Translations under genes and position numbers: made by a program
Sequence record: MN850609.1
Strand: one strand, 5' to 3'
DNA length: 64,000 nt
DNA from: Escherichia phage dhaeg
Part shown: positions 10,703-21,700 of the stretch, piece after piece
Numbering within the stretch: the stretch's first letter is position 1
How the letters are laid out: each line of letters starts with the position of its first letter
Notes under the pieces: model-generated
What the model saw: only the letters and a program-made list of their open reading frames with translations
The model's database searches: none
Told to the model about the DNA's origin: nothing

Positions 10703-12772
10703 TTATGGTGCTGAGTTTAAAGTCACAAAATCAGACAATAATACCCATGCGTTATCAACCAGAACGTACGGGAGTCCGTCTGCAGCAGGAGCCACCGGCG
10801 GACGTTTAGCTAATTCTGTTTCTAAGGCTGTAATTTTACCTTCGGCGGTGGTTAAACGGGTTCCTAAATCGGCAACTTTATCCGATTCAACCTTAACTGC
10901 GGCTAAATCGGACTGAAGGGTAGTTATTTTACCTTCAGCTGTTGTTACACGAGTTGTTAAAGGAGCTATTTTAGCGGTATCTAATTTAATATCAGTAATT
11001 TCGCCTTCATTAGCTGCTACTCGCCCGGTTAAAGTAACGATATCACCTTTATTCTTGGTTATATCGGCTTTAATAGGGGTTAATTGTGATTCTATAGAAC
11101 TCACATCTAAAGCCAAAGCCGTAACATCAGAATCGGTTGTATCCGTCTTGGTTTCCAATGCGGTTATTTTGCCATTAATAGTTACGTCACTTTCTTCCAA
11201 AGCAGTAATACGATTATCTTGCTCAGTGTCTTTGGATTTTAACAAAACAACATCGGCTTTAATTTCTCCTACTGAAGTGTTTAAAGCACCAGTTCTGGTA
11301 TCAAGAGAAGAAATGGAGGCGTCATTAGTATCGACTCTAGCCGTTAAGGCTGATACCTTACCATCAGTAACCAATAAAGAAGCTTTTACTGCATCGATTT
11401 CTGTAGTACCATCAAGGATTTCCGTCCATGCCGAATCCTTACGTCCATACAATTTACCATCAGTAGGTGCTTCACCCAATTTAGTAGGCATCTGAGCTTC
11501 AAGGCCTTTAACCGAGTTTATTAATCCTCGTTCTTCTACGGTACTACCGTTAGGGTTGGTTCCTTCAATTTGGTTGGTGATTTTAAGAATAGAACCTTTG
11601 ATGCCTGTTTGGTTATTACCAATTTCGGCCTGCAAATCCTGAATAGTAGAGGCTGAAGTATTGCCTTGAGTTGTAAGGTCGTTCAAACGTTTATTGATTG
11701 TTCCTGCTGCCGGACTCACATCCGCACCGATTTTACGGTCTATATCAGAAACCTGGAAACGAAGCCCTTCAGATGAACTAGCACCAACTATGGTTTTTAA
11801 CTCATTAACATCAGTACGCAAGCCGCCCAATCTGCCGTTAATAGACGTAGGGGTATCGGCAGTACCGATGGCAGTTTCTACTGCAGTAACCCTAGGGACC
11901 AATCCATTATTAACAGTGTTTTCTAAAGTAGACGTTTTAGTTTCTAATGTAGTTACTCTGGTATCAATAGAGCCCTTATTAAAGCCTATACTGGTTTTGA
12001 TAGAATCTATCGATTCATTAAAGTTTACGGCTGCCGTTTCGAGAGCTGAAATTCTAGTATAAGCAGGTTGTTTACCTACCGTATCAATATGTGGACCAAG
12101 TTCTTCACGAATTTCGTTAAGTTTAAGCCCAAGTTGACCTACATCAGAATCTTCATAATTCTTTTCAAGGGTATCTATACGTTGCGAATGGTCGACAATA
12201 GCACTGGTATTATCCATAATACGACGTTTCATACCGGTGGCTTCAGAAGTTTCACCGGGAGGAAGCGGCTGGCTGTTTATATCTTGGTTTGCATAATGGC
12301 CAATTTCTGATTTAAGAAGATTTATATTTTCTCTAACAGTGAGATACGGGCCATCTAAAGACGGGTCATAATAACCGACATCTTCTTCTAAAAAATTAAA
12401 ATTAACTGTTAAGTCGCCTAAGTCCTTTTTAGTCTCGGAAGCCTTTTCATCTACAGCCAATATATCGACACGGTTCTTTTCAATTTGCTGAATAACAGCC
12501 GTATCAGTAGAAATATCAAGGGCTTCATTAATCAAATTAACGTTATCCACAAGCTCGTTAATTTTGTCTTTAGAAGCTATGCTGTTTTCTTCTAATCTAA
12601 CTACGTTAGTTTGTACTCCTAAAGCAGGGGCATTCAAATTACCGTCGTGACCGTATTTAGTCGTGGCTCCTTCAATACATTCGCCATTGCGTATCCAACG
12701 GATACGCTCTTGGGATGCATCAGGTACACCATCGACAAACGGAAGTTCTTTAATACTCAGTTTGTCAATCAT
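10703..12772 (-). CDS. wac: fibritin (whisker antigen control), extended form with two foldon-like modules
   Basis: 689 aa (T4 487); N-terminus ...LPFVDG.P....RI.WI.NGE..., mid-part ...EIGNN..GIKG......GTNPNGSTVEERGL.NS... as recalled for T4; C-terminus DGLPYVLVDNAWVLLSDF resembles the foldon. Confidence 0.92.
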   Translation of the reverse strand: MIDKLSIKELPFVDGVPDASQERIRWIRNGECIEGATTKYGHDGNLNAPALGVQTNVVRLEENSIASKDKINELVDNVNLINEALDISTDTAVIQQIEKNRVDILAVDEKASETKKDLGDLTVNFNFLEEDVGYYDPSLDGPYLTVRENINLLKSEIGHYANQDINSQPLPPGETSEATGMKRRIMDNTSAIVDHSQRIDTLEKNYEDSDVGQLGLKLNEIREELGPHIDTVGKQPAYTRISALETAAVNFNESIDSIKTSIGFNKGSIDTRVTTLETKTSTLENTVNNGLVPRVTAVETAIGTADTPTSINGRLGGLRTDVNELKTIVGASSSEGLRFQVSDIDRKIGADVSPAAGTINKRLNDLTTQGNTSASTIQDLQAEIGNNQTGIKGSILKITNQIEGTNPNGSTVEERGLINSVKGLEAQMPTKLGEAPTDGKLYGRKDSAWTEILDGTTEIDAVKASLLVTDGKVSALTARVDTNDASISSLDTRTGALNTSVGEIKADVVLLKSKDTEQDNRITALEESDVTINGKITALETKTDTTDSDVTALALDVSSIESQLTPIKADITKNKGDIVTLTGRVAANEGEITDIKLDTAKIAPLTTRVTTAEGKITTLQSDLAAVKVESDKVADLGTRLTTAEGKITALETELAKRPPVAPAADGLPYVLVDNAWVLLSDFVTLNSAP

Positions 12773-12781
12773 TTTATTTCC

Positions 12782-14314
12782 TTAAGCAACTTTAATAATG
12801 AATAGGATGGACATAGTCCAAGGACGGTTTTCGTTACCAATTAACCCTTCACTGTTTAGGGTAGTTCTTGAATCTCGTGAACCGGAACCGTCAATTTCGT
12901 ATCCTTCGTTTGTAAAGTAAGAACGGTTATCCCAGTCTAATCCTTTACGAGTACCGGCAAAGTTGGAACGAACAGTGTTACCAAAAGCACCTGCGTTATC
13001 ATGTTCACCAAAACCACCTGCATGTTTATGGAACCGAAGTTGTTGAGCTTGTACTGTACCGTGTCCATATGAACCACAACCTACACCTAATTTTGGTTTG
13101 CCTTTGGCGTCGTTACCTTTGGCGTCTCTAATTCTAACGTTGGCGTCCCATTCTTTTAATCCACCGTCATTAGTTTGGTTTGCACCTCTAGGATATAATC
13201 CACGGAAGTCAGGACGAGCACCAGTTGAGCCCCATTTACTACCAACTACGTTTCGGAATCCTTGCTCACCAGAGTTACCACCATCACAAACGGCCCAACC
13301 TGCAGGGATATTGTTAATTTGGCCTCCCCACATAACGATAGTACCAATAGGAACAGAATCTTTTAATTGGTCGACAGTAACAACATCACGCCCATTACGA
13401 CGTAAAGTACCATTAACGTTTAAAGTACCATTAATAGTACCACCGGTGGTAGAAATAACGTTAGCATTATATGCCAATGCTGTACTTCCATCGCCAGAAC
13501 CCACGGTAGTTGTGGTTTTAAGAAGGCCTATTCTACCGGTATTACCCGTTCTTGACAAAAGGGTTTGAGGCGTAATAGCTTTATTTGCATCAATTCCGGC
13601 CGAAACTTCAGCTCCAGTGGCTAATTGAACCAGTCCACGTCGAGAAGTATTAGAAGTTAAAGAAATAAGCCCTGATGGAGAAATTGCGACGCCATTAGTC
13701 AATGTGCCATTTGCCACTTCGGCATTTGTCGCGATTCTAACAATACCTTCAGTAGTTTGTGTTGCACTTGCATAAGTTGGTAAGGCCGATGTAGCGGCTC
13801 CAATTGCCTGTGCGGTTTTAAGAGGCGTCATAGCCGTAGTATCATCTGTACCCGCTAAAGCCGCTGGCAAGGTTGAAATCTTGAGTACACCTGTAGTGTT
13901 CTCTGTGGCTAAACGATTGGTGAATGTATAATCTATAGTAGCCTTCAAAGATGATGCTACGATTGCAGCCTGGGTCTCTGTCCCAGCGATGGCCTCATCA
14001 TTAGTAGCATAACGTGTGATACCTACATAGGTTTCAGTTGCTTGAGTAGGAATGTCCAAGCGGCCTTTTAAAGTAGCCGGGGTCACAGCAGAGAAAGTAT
14101 CAGTGCCATCAATAACTTCTTGTTGGGTGGCTAATCTAATAATACCCTGTTCTGTTTCGGATGCGGCCGGAATATTACCTGTAACACCTATAGCAGAAAT
14201 GGATGATAAGGCGTCTTGGACGTTGGTAATACTAGGGTCAAAATTCGACCCGGTAGGGTCGAATGTTTTAAATTCCGATTTATCACTTATATGTTTTAGT
14301 GTATTTGTAGACAT
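12782..14314 (-). CDS. 12: short tail fibre gp12
   Basis: 510 aa; ...HKHAGGFGE.D..GAFGNT.RSNF.GTRKGLDWDNRSYFTN.GYEID... matches recalled T4 gp12. Confidence 0.95.
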   Translation of the reverse strand: MSTNTLKHISDKSEFKTFDPTGSNFDPSITNVQDALSSISAIGVTGNIPAASETEQGIIRLATQQEVIDGTDTFSAVTPATLKGRLDIPTQATETYVGITRYATNDEAIAGTETQAAIVASSLKATIDYTFTNRLATENTTGVLKISTLPAALAGTDDTTAMTPLKTAQAIGAATSALPTYASATQTTEGIVRIATNAEVANGTLTNGVAISPSGLISLTSNTSRRGLVQLATGAEVSAGIDANKAITPQTLLSRTGNTGRIGLLKTTTTVGSGDGSTALAYNANVISTTGGTINGTLNVNGTLRRNGRDVVTVDQLKDSVPIGTIVMWGGQINNIPAGWAVCDGGNSGEQGFRNVVGSKWGSTGARPDFRGLYPRGANQTNDGGLKEWDANVRIRDAKGNDAKGKPKLGVGCGSYGHGTVQAQQLRFHKHAGGFGEHDNAGAFGNTVRSNFAGTRKGLDWDNRSYFTNEGYEIDGSGSRDSRTTLNSEGLIGNENRPWTMSILFIIKVA

Positions 14315-14979
14315 TAACTTACTCGCTTATAGTGATATAAAGTTGTAGTTCCATTTATAGTTCCACCGGTCATAGATTCTGTAGTAGAACCTAAATATTC
14401 CCAGTATCCATAACCTGCACGAGGCTCTTGGACTATAGTTTGGGAAATGGTACATCCAGCCTGTTTAAATGGCTCAAAAATATGGTTTTGGTAGTCGTTA
14501 TATTTAATGTTTAAAGTAGATTGGTCCAGAGGGTCGATAGAGGTTTCTGCTAAAATATAACTATTAGCAATAGCGCTTATAAAAACATCGTTAACTTTAG
14601 AAGCAACCAGAACCGAAGAATCACCCACAATAACTTCAACAGGCAAACCAAATACCTTAATTATAACCGTATCGCCTAATTCGCCACCAGAAGAAATGGA
14701 GCCAGAGAAAGTTAATTTATCAGATTGTTGGATAAAGCCAGGCGCTCTGTTTTCGGTAGTAGTTACCACCGCATTAACAGGAAGTTCTGCGCGGAAAGCA
14801 ATATCATCAATAGCACTTTGGACTGTAGGGTAATAAACGCCTTTTCGGGTTTGGTTTGCCGATGGACCACCAATAGGGCGTTGACCTGCCACTGCGGCAG
14901 GTTGATTAGTTGTAAAAGAAAATTCTAAAAAGTCGGCAAGGCGGGATTTTAACCCGCTTTTCATTTCTGTTAAAGTCAT
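14314..14979 (-). CDS. 11: baseplate wedge / short-fibre attachment protein gp11
   Basis: 221 aa (T4 219); synteny 10-11-12; ATGA-type coupling. Confidence 0.88.
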   Translation of the reverse strand: MTLTEMKSGLKSRLADFLEFSFTTNQPAAVAGQRPIGGPSANQTRKGVYYPTVQSAIDDIAFRAELPVNAVVTTTENRAPGFIQQSDKLTFSGSISSGGELGDTVIIKVFGLPVEVIVGDSSVLVASKVNDVFISAIANSYILAETSIDPLDQSTLNIKYNDYQNHIFEPFKQAGCTISQTIVQEPRAGYGYWEYLGSTTESMTGGTINGTTTLYHYKRVS

Positions 14980-16790
14980 TACGCAATCCTCACCCAGCGA
15001 TAAACGGTTGTATATGGAGGCAATGTATTAATTGGAATAGGCGTTGTAGATTGCTGCTTGTTTATTGTAGCTTTATCTTCACGATATTTGGTATAAGCAG
15101 GACCTTGTGCATCCGGGTCTACCAAACATCCACCGATAACAATAGGGCCATTATCATCAGCAACTAATACCTTGTCATCTGTATTAAGTTCAGGAACATT
15201 TTCATATTTAATCGAAATATTATGAGAACCACCTGTTCCACCTGCGGTAGATTTAGGAATACCAGAAGAATCCAAATCGTTATTGTTCGCATTGAACAAT
15301 GAATCTGCATCCGGCGACCAACCTACAAGGAAACTATCAGATAAACGTTTCCAACTACCCATACCCATATAAGTTGCAGGGTTATTAGGGTTCACCGTGT
15401 TCTCGTAAATTGTCCCTATTGGATGGAACAAATCGAACATCACTGCAGCCGTATTAATAGAAACTTCGGATTCTGCAACAGGTTCAAAGTTAGGAGAAAA
15501 TGGATTATCCACATCAGTAATACGAACCTGGCCGGTTAAAGACACCGAAGGACCTTGAGAAATGTAGATATCATTTGTAGTATCCAAAATCTCATCAATA
15601 GTCATGGTAGTACCAATATCATTATTATACCAAATTACGGTAAGGATATCACCATGTTCTAATTTACGTCCAAATTCGAATGATTCGATTTTATCGTCAT
15701 CTGCAATATTCAAAATATAATCAGATTTAGATTGTGTCCATACACCACCCGAATCAGCACAAAGAGCTGCATCATCAGTATCAACACCTTCACAATAGAA
15801 AGCAGGGAACCCTGCAGTACCAGCTTGGTGCAATAAAGTACTGTTAAGCATTACCTGGCAAGCATTAGGGTTAATAGGGCTTGTAGGAGAAACATTTAAT
15901 TCCACCGCGGTAATAGTCTGTATGGTAGAAAGGTCTAATACTACTTTAGAACCGTTAACTGTGGTTTCATGGGTAAGGGTTTTATCTAAAATAGTAATAT
16001 CACGACGATTATAAGAACTACGCCATTGGGCCAATCCATCGTTATAGGATTTAATGATTACTGTATCACCGGCTTCACATGGATATTTCAAACGGATATC
16101 TTTACCGTTCAATTCAACCAATTCGCCTGGGTTAGCGCCTGGGCTACCGAACTCTGAAGTGGCTTCATCAAATATATCATCTACACCATAAAACAAGGTG
16201 TTACCACGTTGAATTACGCTAAGACTAGAAATATTATAGGTTAATCCTGGGAAAATATCCAAGAAATCGGTTTGGCCTTCAGTAGCAATAAACTGTTTGG
16301 TTGCTACAGTAGCGAGGTCGTTATTTGGAATACGGTTAACTTGCTTGTTCTCAACATATTCCCAGCGACCCGGAGCACAATAGACAAGTTCAAGGTCAGC
16401 AAAGTTACGGGCTATTTCAACCTGTACAGCAGAGCCTTTAATCGTATCACCTGGAGCAGGTATAATTGTTACAGGGTTAGCTTGCCAAGAAGAATAAACG
16501 TCACGCAAACGAATTACAAAGTTATATTCTGAAGGGGTACCTTTAGGAAGTTGAACGTTAATCCTTCCACCCTGGGTATTCAACGTATAGCTATGACCCA
16601 TAACAGCATTAAGTAAAGGACCATCTGCAGTAGAATATTGTTTCCAGGCACCAGCAGCGTGAGGATTATCTCCATCACCTAATTGATAGTATAACTCGTT
16701 AAAGTTATTATTGATTTTTAGACCACCTGCGCGCAGGTAATCTCCGGAGCCATCATCAACGGCCTGGCCTATTTTTAATTCTTGTTTCAT
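14979..16790 (-). CDS. 10: baseplate wedge protein gp10
   Basis: 603 aa (T4 602); MKQ...G..VDDG.GDYLR.GG.KIN.NF.ELYY.LGDGD and C-terminal ...PY.TVYRW.RIA match recalled T4 gp10. Confidence 0.95.
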   Translation of the reverse strand: MKQELKIGQAVDDGSGDYLRAGGLKINNNFNELYYQLGDGDNPHAAGAWKQYSTADGPLLNAVMGHSYTLNTQGGRINVQLPKGTPSEYNFVIRLRDVYSSWQANPVTIIPAPGDTIKGSAVQVEIARNFADLELVYCAPGRWEYVENKQVNRIPNNDLATVATKQFIATEGQTDFLDIFPGLTYNISSLSVIQRGNTLFYGVDDIFDEATSEFGSPGANPGELVELNGKDIRLKYPCEAGDTVIIKSYNDGLAQWRSSYNRRDITILDKTLTHETTVNGSKVVLDLSTIQTITAVELNVSPTSPINPNACQVMLNSTLLHQAGTAGFPAFYCEGVDTDDAALCADSGGVWTQSKSDYILNIADDDKIESFEFGRKLEHGDILTVIWYNNDIGTTMTIDEILDTTNDIYISQGPSVSLTGQVRITDVDNPFSPNFEPVAESEVSINTAAVMFDLFHPIGTIYENTVNPNNPATYMGMGSWKRLSDSFLVGWSPDADSLFNANNNDLDSSGIPKSTAGGTGGSHNISIKYENVPELNTDDKVLVADDNGPIVIGGCLVDPDAQGPAYTKYREDKATINKQQSTTPIPINTLPPYTTVYRWVRIA

Positions 16791-17650
16791 TATAATGGAA
16801 CTCCAATAGTTTGGGTATCTACGACTTTAATTGCTAATCTCATAGGGGTTTCAGATGATGCCGTAGCCACTATATAGTTAGAGGTATCAAATTTAAAATC
16901 GAGTTTGTAAATTTCGTCTTCATCAGTGGTCTGTCCACGACGGATAACAGCATATTCGGTGGAATATATTTTTTTAGCTTGGTTATCCATAAACAAAAGA
17001 TATTCAGAAGCTTTATAAATGGTTTCATTAGCATTTACTGCGGTAACTAAAAGCTTGACCAAAGAATATTGACCTGAAAAAACCACCGGTATATCTCTAG
17101 GTACGTTAGAAATGTTATATGTTCTATTTAACGGCACTCGTTTATCACCAAACATGCTCTCAATAGAATAATCCCATACAGCTATACCGTTGATGTCACT
17201 TACACACCATAATAGAACTCTAGTATAAGGAGTTACTATTCTTAGGGTTGATGTAGGATGGTTTAAAAACGAATCCAATATACGGATTTCAAGATAGTTG
17301 GTAGCTGAAATACTTCCATTAGAGTTAATTATTTCAATACCTTCACCTACGGCTCCTTTTACCGTGGTTAACACTATAGAACCTGTAGAAGCATCAATAT
17401 CAACCAAAGAACCAAGGTCAACAGAACTTGCTTGGTCGGTATCGCCAAATTTTTGATAGTATCCAGTGGCATGTAATTTCTGACCGGTAGTTTCGCCTGT
17501 AAGAGCGGTTTTACGTTGGTCACCAAAGGTATTATAGATGTTGTTTAAGTCGGTGTTTAGTTTAACACCACCGTCATAAAGAATGTCGCCGGTGCTAGCA
17601 TTACCAATTTCACCAACGTCAATTAGTAATTTACCAGTTTGCTTAATCAT
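16790..17650 (-). CDS. 9: baseplate wedge / long-tail-fibre socket protein gp9
   Basis: 286 aa (T4 288); ...GEIGNASTGDIL.DGG.K.N.D.N.IYN.FGDQRK... matches recalled T4 gp9. Confidence 0.93.
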   Translation of the reverse strand: MIKQTGKLLIDVGEIGNASTGDILYDGGVKLNTDLNNIYNTFGDQRKTALTGETTGQKLHATGYYQKFGDTDQASSVDLGSLVDIDASTGSIVLTTVKGAVGEGIEIINSNGSISATNYLEIRILDSFLNHPTSTLRIVTPYTRVLLWCVSDINGIAVWDYSIESMFGDKRVPLNRTYNISNVPRDIPVVFSGQYSLVKLLVTAVNANETIYKASEYLLFMDNQAKKIYSTEYAVIRRGQTTDEDEIYKLDFKFDTSNYIVATASSETPMRLAIKVVDTQTIGVPL

Positions 17651-17676
17651 AGGTATGCCTCATTATTGATATAATG

Positions 17677-17684
17677 TATTTATA
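17677..17684 (-). promoter_or_regulatory. late promoter TATAAATA upstream of gene 9
   Basis: TATTTATA on plus strand in the 8-9 spacer. Confidence 0.6.
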
Positions 17685-17690
17685 CCCCCG

Positions 17691-17710
17691 AAAGGGCCTT
17701 GCGGCCCTTT
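17691..17710 (-). terminator. terminator hairpin after gene 8
   Basis: AAAGGGCC-TTGC-GGCCCTTT directly after the gene 8 stop. Confidence 0.65.
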
Positions 17711-17711
17711 A

Positions 17712-18719
17712 TTAGAATTCGAAGATAATGTTAATTTCTTCGGTTTGGTCCATGGAACGAATAACCGGAGGACGGTTTTCCATATAAATCATTTCACCGG
17801 AGTGGCGGGAGAGGTCTATAACGTCATAGTACTCTTTTTCGGCTTTAATGATCGGGTCTGATGGGTGGGCTTTAGCTTCCAATGGGTTGGAAATTATTGA
17901 AAGTTGTCTAAATCCTTTATTCCCTGGCAAACTAAATTCAGGGAAATAAACTGAATCTAAGAATGCTTTAAAACGAATAGTATTGCCTTTAATACGATAA
18001 ATCAATCCGTAATCGTCTTGTTGCCAAGTGAGGTTATTCTCGTATCCCCAACGTTCAGGGTCTTCAGCAATTTCTTCCGGCCATGGAACTACAATATATT
18101 CATTGGTACAACGGTTGATACTTACATCAGGTGGAATCTCATAAAGATATTCCCAAAGATACCCATCGCCGGTATCAACCATACCTTCGGTATCGCCTTG
18201 TCCTGCTGGAGCTTTAACTGAAGGGACGTTTGCGGTCCATTTACCACCAAGTTTAATACACTCGGTTTTATTATCAAGAGATAAAATAGAGCATGCTCCG
18301 GATTCAGGAACATCCACACAACGATAAACCATCCAACCTGCACCAACATCAGTACGGTTTTGCGGCTGGCTATTCGCCACTACAATTTCACCAATCTGGA
18401 ATGTGAAAGGATTAGGATAAGAGGTATCGCCCCAGTCTTTGCGAGGAACAACACAATCCAACATACTCTTATAAACCTTAACACAACCCATCATGTTTGT
18501 CCAGACGTCCTCTACGCCCTCAGAATCATCTACAGGATACGGTGGAGCAAAGCCTGGGTCGTTTTCGTTAGGAGCCCATGGTTGGGCTCTCCCGAAAGAT
18601 ACATACATCGTGTTCTGGTCTTCACCATCACCGATTGTTCTGTAAAAGTTGTACATCTTTTCCGTTCTAAATTTAGAAGTAACAATAGAACGATATATTA
18701 CTGTTGAATTAATCATCAA
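17712..18719 (-). CDS. 8: baseplate wedge protein gp8
   Basis: 335 aa (T4 334); ...VIYR.IVTSKFRTEKM.NFY... and ...HSGEMIYMENRPP... match recalled T4 gp8. Confidence 0.95.
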   Translation of the reverse strand: MMINSTVIYRSIVTSKFRTEKMYNFYRTIGDGEDQNTMYVSFGRAQPWAPNENDPGFAPPYPVDDSEGVEDVWTNMMGCVKVYKSMLDCVVPRKDWGDTSYPNPFTFQIGEIVVANSQPQNRTDVGAGWMVYRCVDVPESGACSILSLDNKTECIKLGGKWTANVPSVKAPAGQGDTEGMVDTGDGYLWEYLYEIPPDVSINRCTNEYIVVPWPEEIAEDPERWGYENNLTWQQDDYGLIYRIKGNTIRFKAFLDSVYFPEFSLPGNKGFRQLSIISNPLEAKAHPSDPIIKAEKEYYDVIDLSRHSGEMIYMENRPPVIRSMDQTEEINIIFEF

Positions 18720-21700
18720 TTTTTACCTGAGTTGGGTCTTGCGGGTCTCTAGGGTTTCCTATATCAGCTTTAAGTCTGTCATCAACTAAAGCACGCCATT
18801 TTGAAAATGTTACTGCACTTTGGTCAAATAAAGGACTATGCTTTTTAATACGTTCATGAGGTAATTGGCCTTGGAATACAGAGAAATCATTTTCTGCGTC
18901 ATAATCAGCAGGAATATCAAACGGTTCACCTGCTTTAGGTCCAACGTTATAAACCGGGAGCCCTGTTCTAGGGTCTCGTTCTATATTACCATCAAATCCG
19001 ATTACAGCAACTCTATCATACCATTCAGATGGAAGACCTGAGTCCCACTTATAGTTCTTAAGTATATTAATAATGGTTTCCGTGTGCTTTAATGTCAAAC
19101 CGACGTTAACAAACATAGAAAGCAACGTAATCCCTATAAAACCAAATCCTACAGGGTGGACAAATCTCAATACATCATTACGATATCGAGAAGTAGGGAG
19201 GTTGGATTTAATAGTCATAACATAATAAGAACGGTTGCGGTTAATATAATCGATATTGTTACTTAACAATTCTTTACCGCGTACACCCTGCACTATCATA
19301 CCTTTAAATGATGTGCGTTCAGATTTAATCTCTTGACCCACTATAAAACGACCTAAAAGATTATGAATGGTTAAACGCCATTGCAATTTACCATCTTTAT
19401 AATTTCGTTCTATATAAGTAACATTACTTCTTCCTGTAGGGGTATAAATTGTTTGGCCGACAATATCTTCACTGATGTTATCGGATTCTACAATGATATC
19501 ATATTCAATAGAGTTCTTAGACTCTATATCAATTTCGACATCTTCGTTATAAAGCAATTTAAACAGGAACTTATAAGAAGCCTCGGTACCTTTTGTAGAC
19601 CAGAAATCCGATTGACGAGCCTGGAAGAAACGAACCACTTCGTCGCGCTTTTCTTTAGACAGGTAGATATTACGTTTATAGATTTCGGACCACAAATATT
19701 CCCACGAGTCTTCTTCACGAGGATATTGGTTACGAATAAGATTTAATAGGTTATTATAATGAGTGCCAGAGCCATCACTAATAAACTGAAGATAATATTC
19801 GCAGAATTTTTCAAAGTTAGAATCTTGAAGCAAATAACTATCAGGGACCATTTTAACCAATAAAGGACGCAAATCAGGGTCTTGTTCACCTGTTTCTTCT
19901 TTAGGGGTCCATGGGATTTCATGCTCTTGGTTTTGGAGCTCTGCGGTAAACATTATTTCTTTAGGCTTCCAAATTATTCTAACTTCATCTCGAACTCGAT
20001 AATCGAACTCGAAATATCCTACCAATTCACCTGATGATTTGTGAATCATAATACCTGAAGAATATTTTTTAAATCCGCTGAATTCAATGTTAGGGCATGT
20101 TACGGTACAAAAGCCTTTATCCCAAATTTCACGGATAATACGCTCTGGAGAAGAACCACTGTTTAAATCAATAATTTTCTGATATAATGCATCGTTATAA
20201 ACTACCATCGCATGATTACTTGTGGTAATCCAAGAGCGGGTTCCATCGCGTCTAGACCAACTAAAGAATGGTTCGGCGTAATAAGCCATTCGGCCAGGTT
20301 TGAATTCTTTAAAATCTGATTTACTGTTGGCTCTAAAGCTCATCATCAGATAATGTTTATCATGAATCCACTGCTCATCCTTAACGTATTTTACGGCAGA
20401 AGCCACGATAGGGTATTCTAAAGGCAATTCGTTGTCAACTTCCACCTCGTATTTGAAGTTACTTGAGCTAAAGAATATTTCTTCACCGTCTGTAGACATG
20501 CTGGTATAACCATGCTCAATACGACGTCTCTCTTCTTCAGTATTACCAAATACTCTGGTCCATGTATCAGTTTCAGCATCCAACCAATAAACGCCTTTAG
20601 ATTCAGAATCAACCACGTTTTCTTCTTTAGTAGGGTCCATTCTTTCTTCTTTAACTTCACCCGTAATTAAGGCAAAAGTATTTCCTTGAATAGAGTCCAA
20701 TTTATAACAAACTGCTTTAGGGTTGCCGGTTATGGTCGAATATCCACTTTCAAATATTTTTTCACCATAAGTAGGAGAACCTGGGTCGGTATCAATAGGC
20801 GCATCGGTGGTTTTTGCTTTATAAACTCTGTCTCTAGCAGCCACGTAAATAAAATCATCCGAAGCACACATTGCCTCTGCTATAGTAGAAATAGCTAATG
20901 GTAAACGGGCATAAGAACCAAAAATTTCAATTTCAAAATCAAGGTCGATATCACTACCAATTTTAGCAAATGTCACGTCTTGTGAGCTAAAACGTACATC
21001 GTCAGCAGACCATCTGATATCGCTCGATTTACGTCCGTAAAATATACGGTCATAACCTAAAACATAAGTTGTGGTGTCCGTTTGGTAATGGGCCGTACGT
21101 GAAACCGGGTTACCTACTCGGTCATTAAACAAACGAATATAGTGCCAGTTTTGAGCTTTGTCATTAGATACCTTAGCAGTGTTCTGAAATCTTTCTAAAA
21201 GATAAAGTACACCACCAAGCTCCATTAAAATGGAACGATTAGGGTCCTTACATACGGCTTGAATACTTCCTTGAATCTCATGAAAGCGGTCAGCCTTTAA
21301 TACATAATTAGAAATTGAAGAAAGGTGAGAATACGATGGAGTCCAAGTAAAATCCTCTGTCATCATAGAAGCCATAATGGCATCACTATTAAAATCCACG
21401 TAATTCTGGTTATTTTTGGTAAATTTTTCTTCAATGAATTTATTGGATAAAGTGAATTCTCGCATATGCTCGAAGGTATATGCGTTGGTAGAAAATGTCT
21501 CGAATTCTTCTGTATAAACCCATTCAGATTGTTCAAATCCTTGAGCAGCTACAGCGACACGCATTTTATAAAACGAATTAGGAGAAATAAATCTTTCTTC
21601 GAACCAGTTATTGTTCGGGGTGTAACCTAAATTTCTCCAAAATAACTTATCATCGGGTATAGATTCACCCGCATCCTTGGTTTGGGCCAGTTCTACGAAA

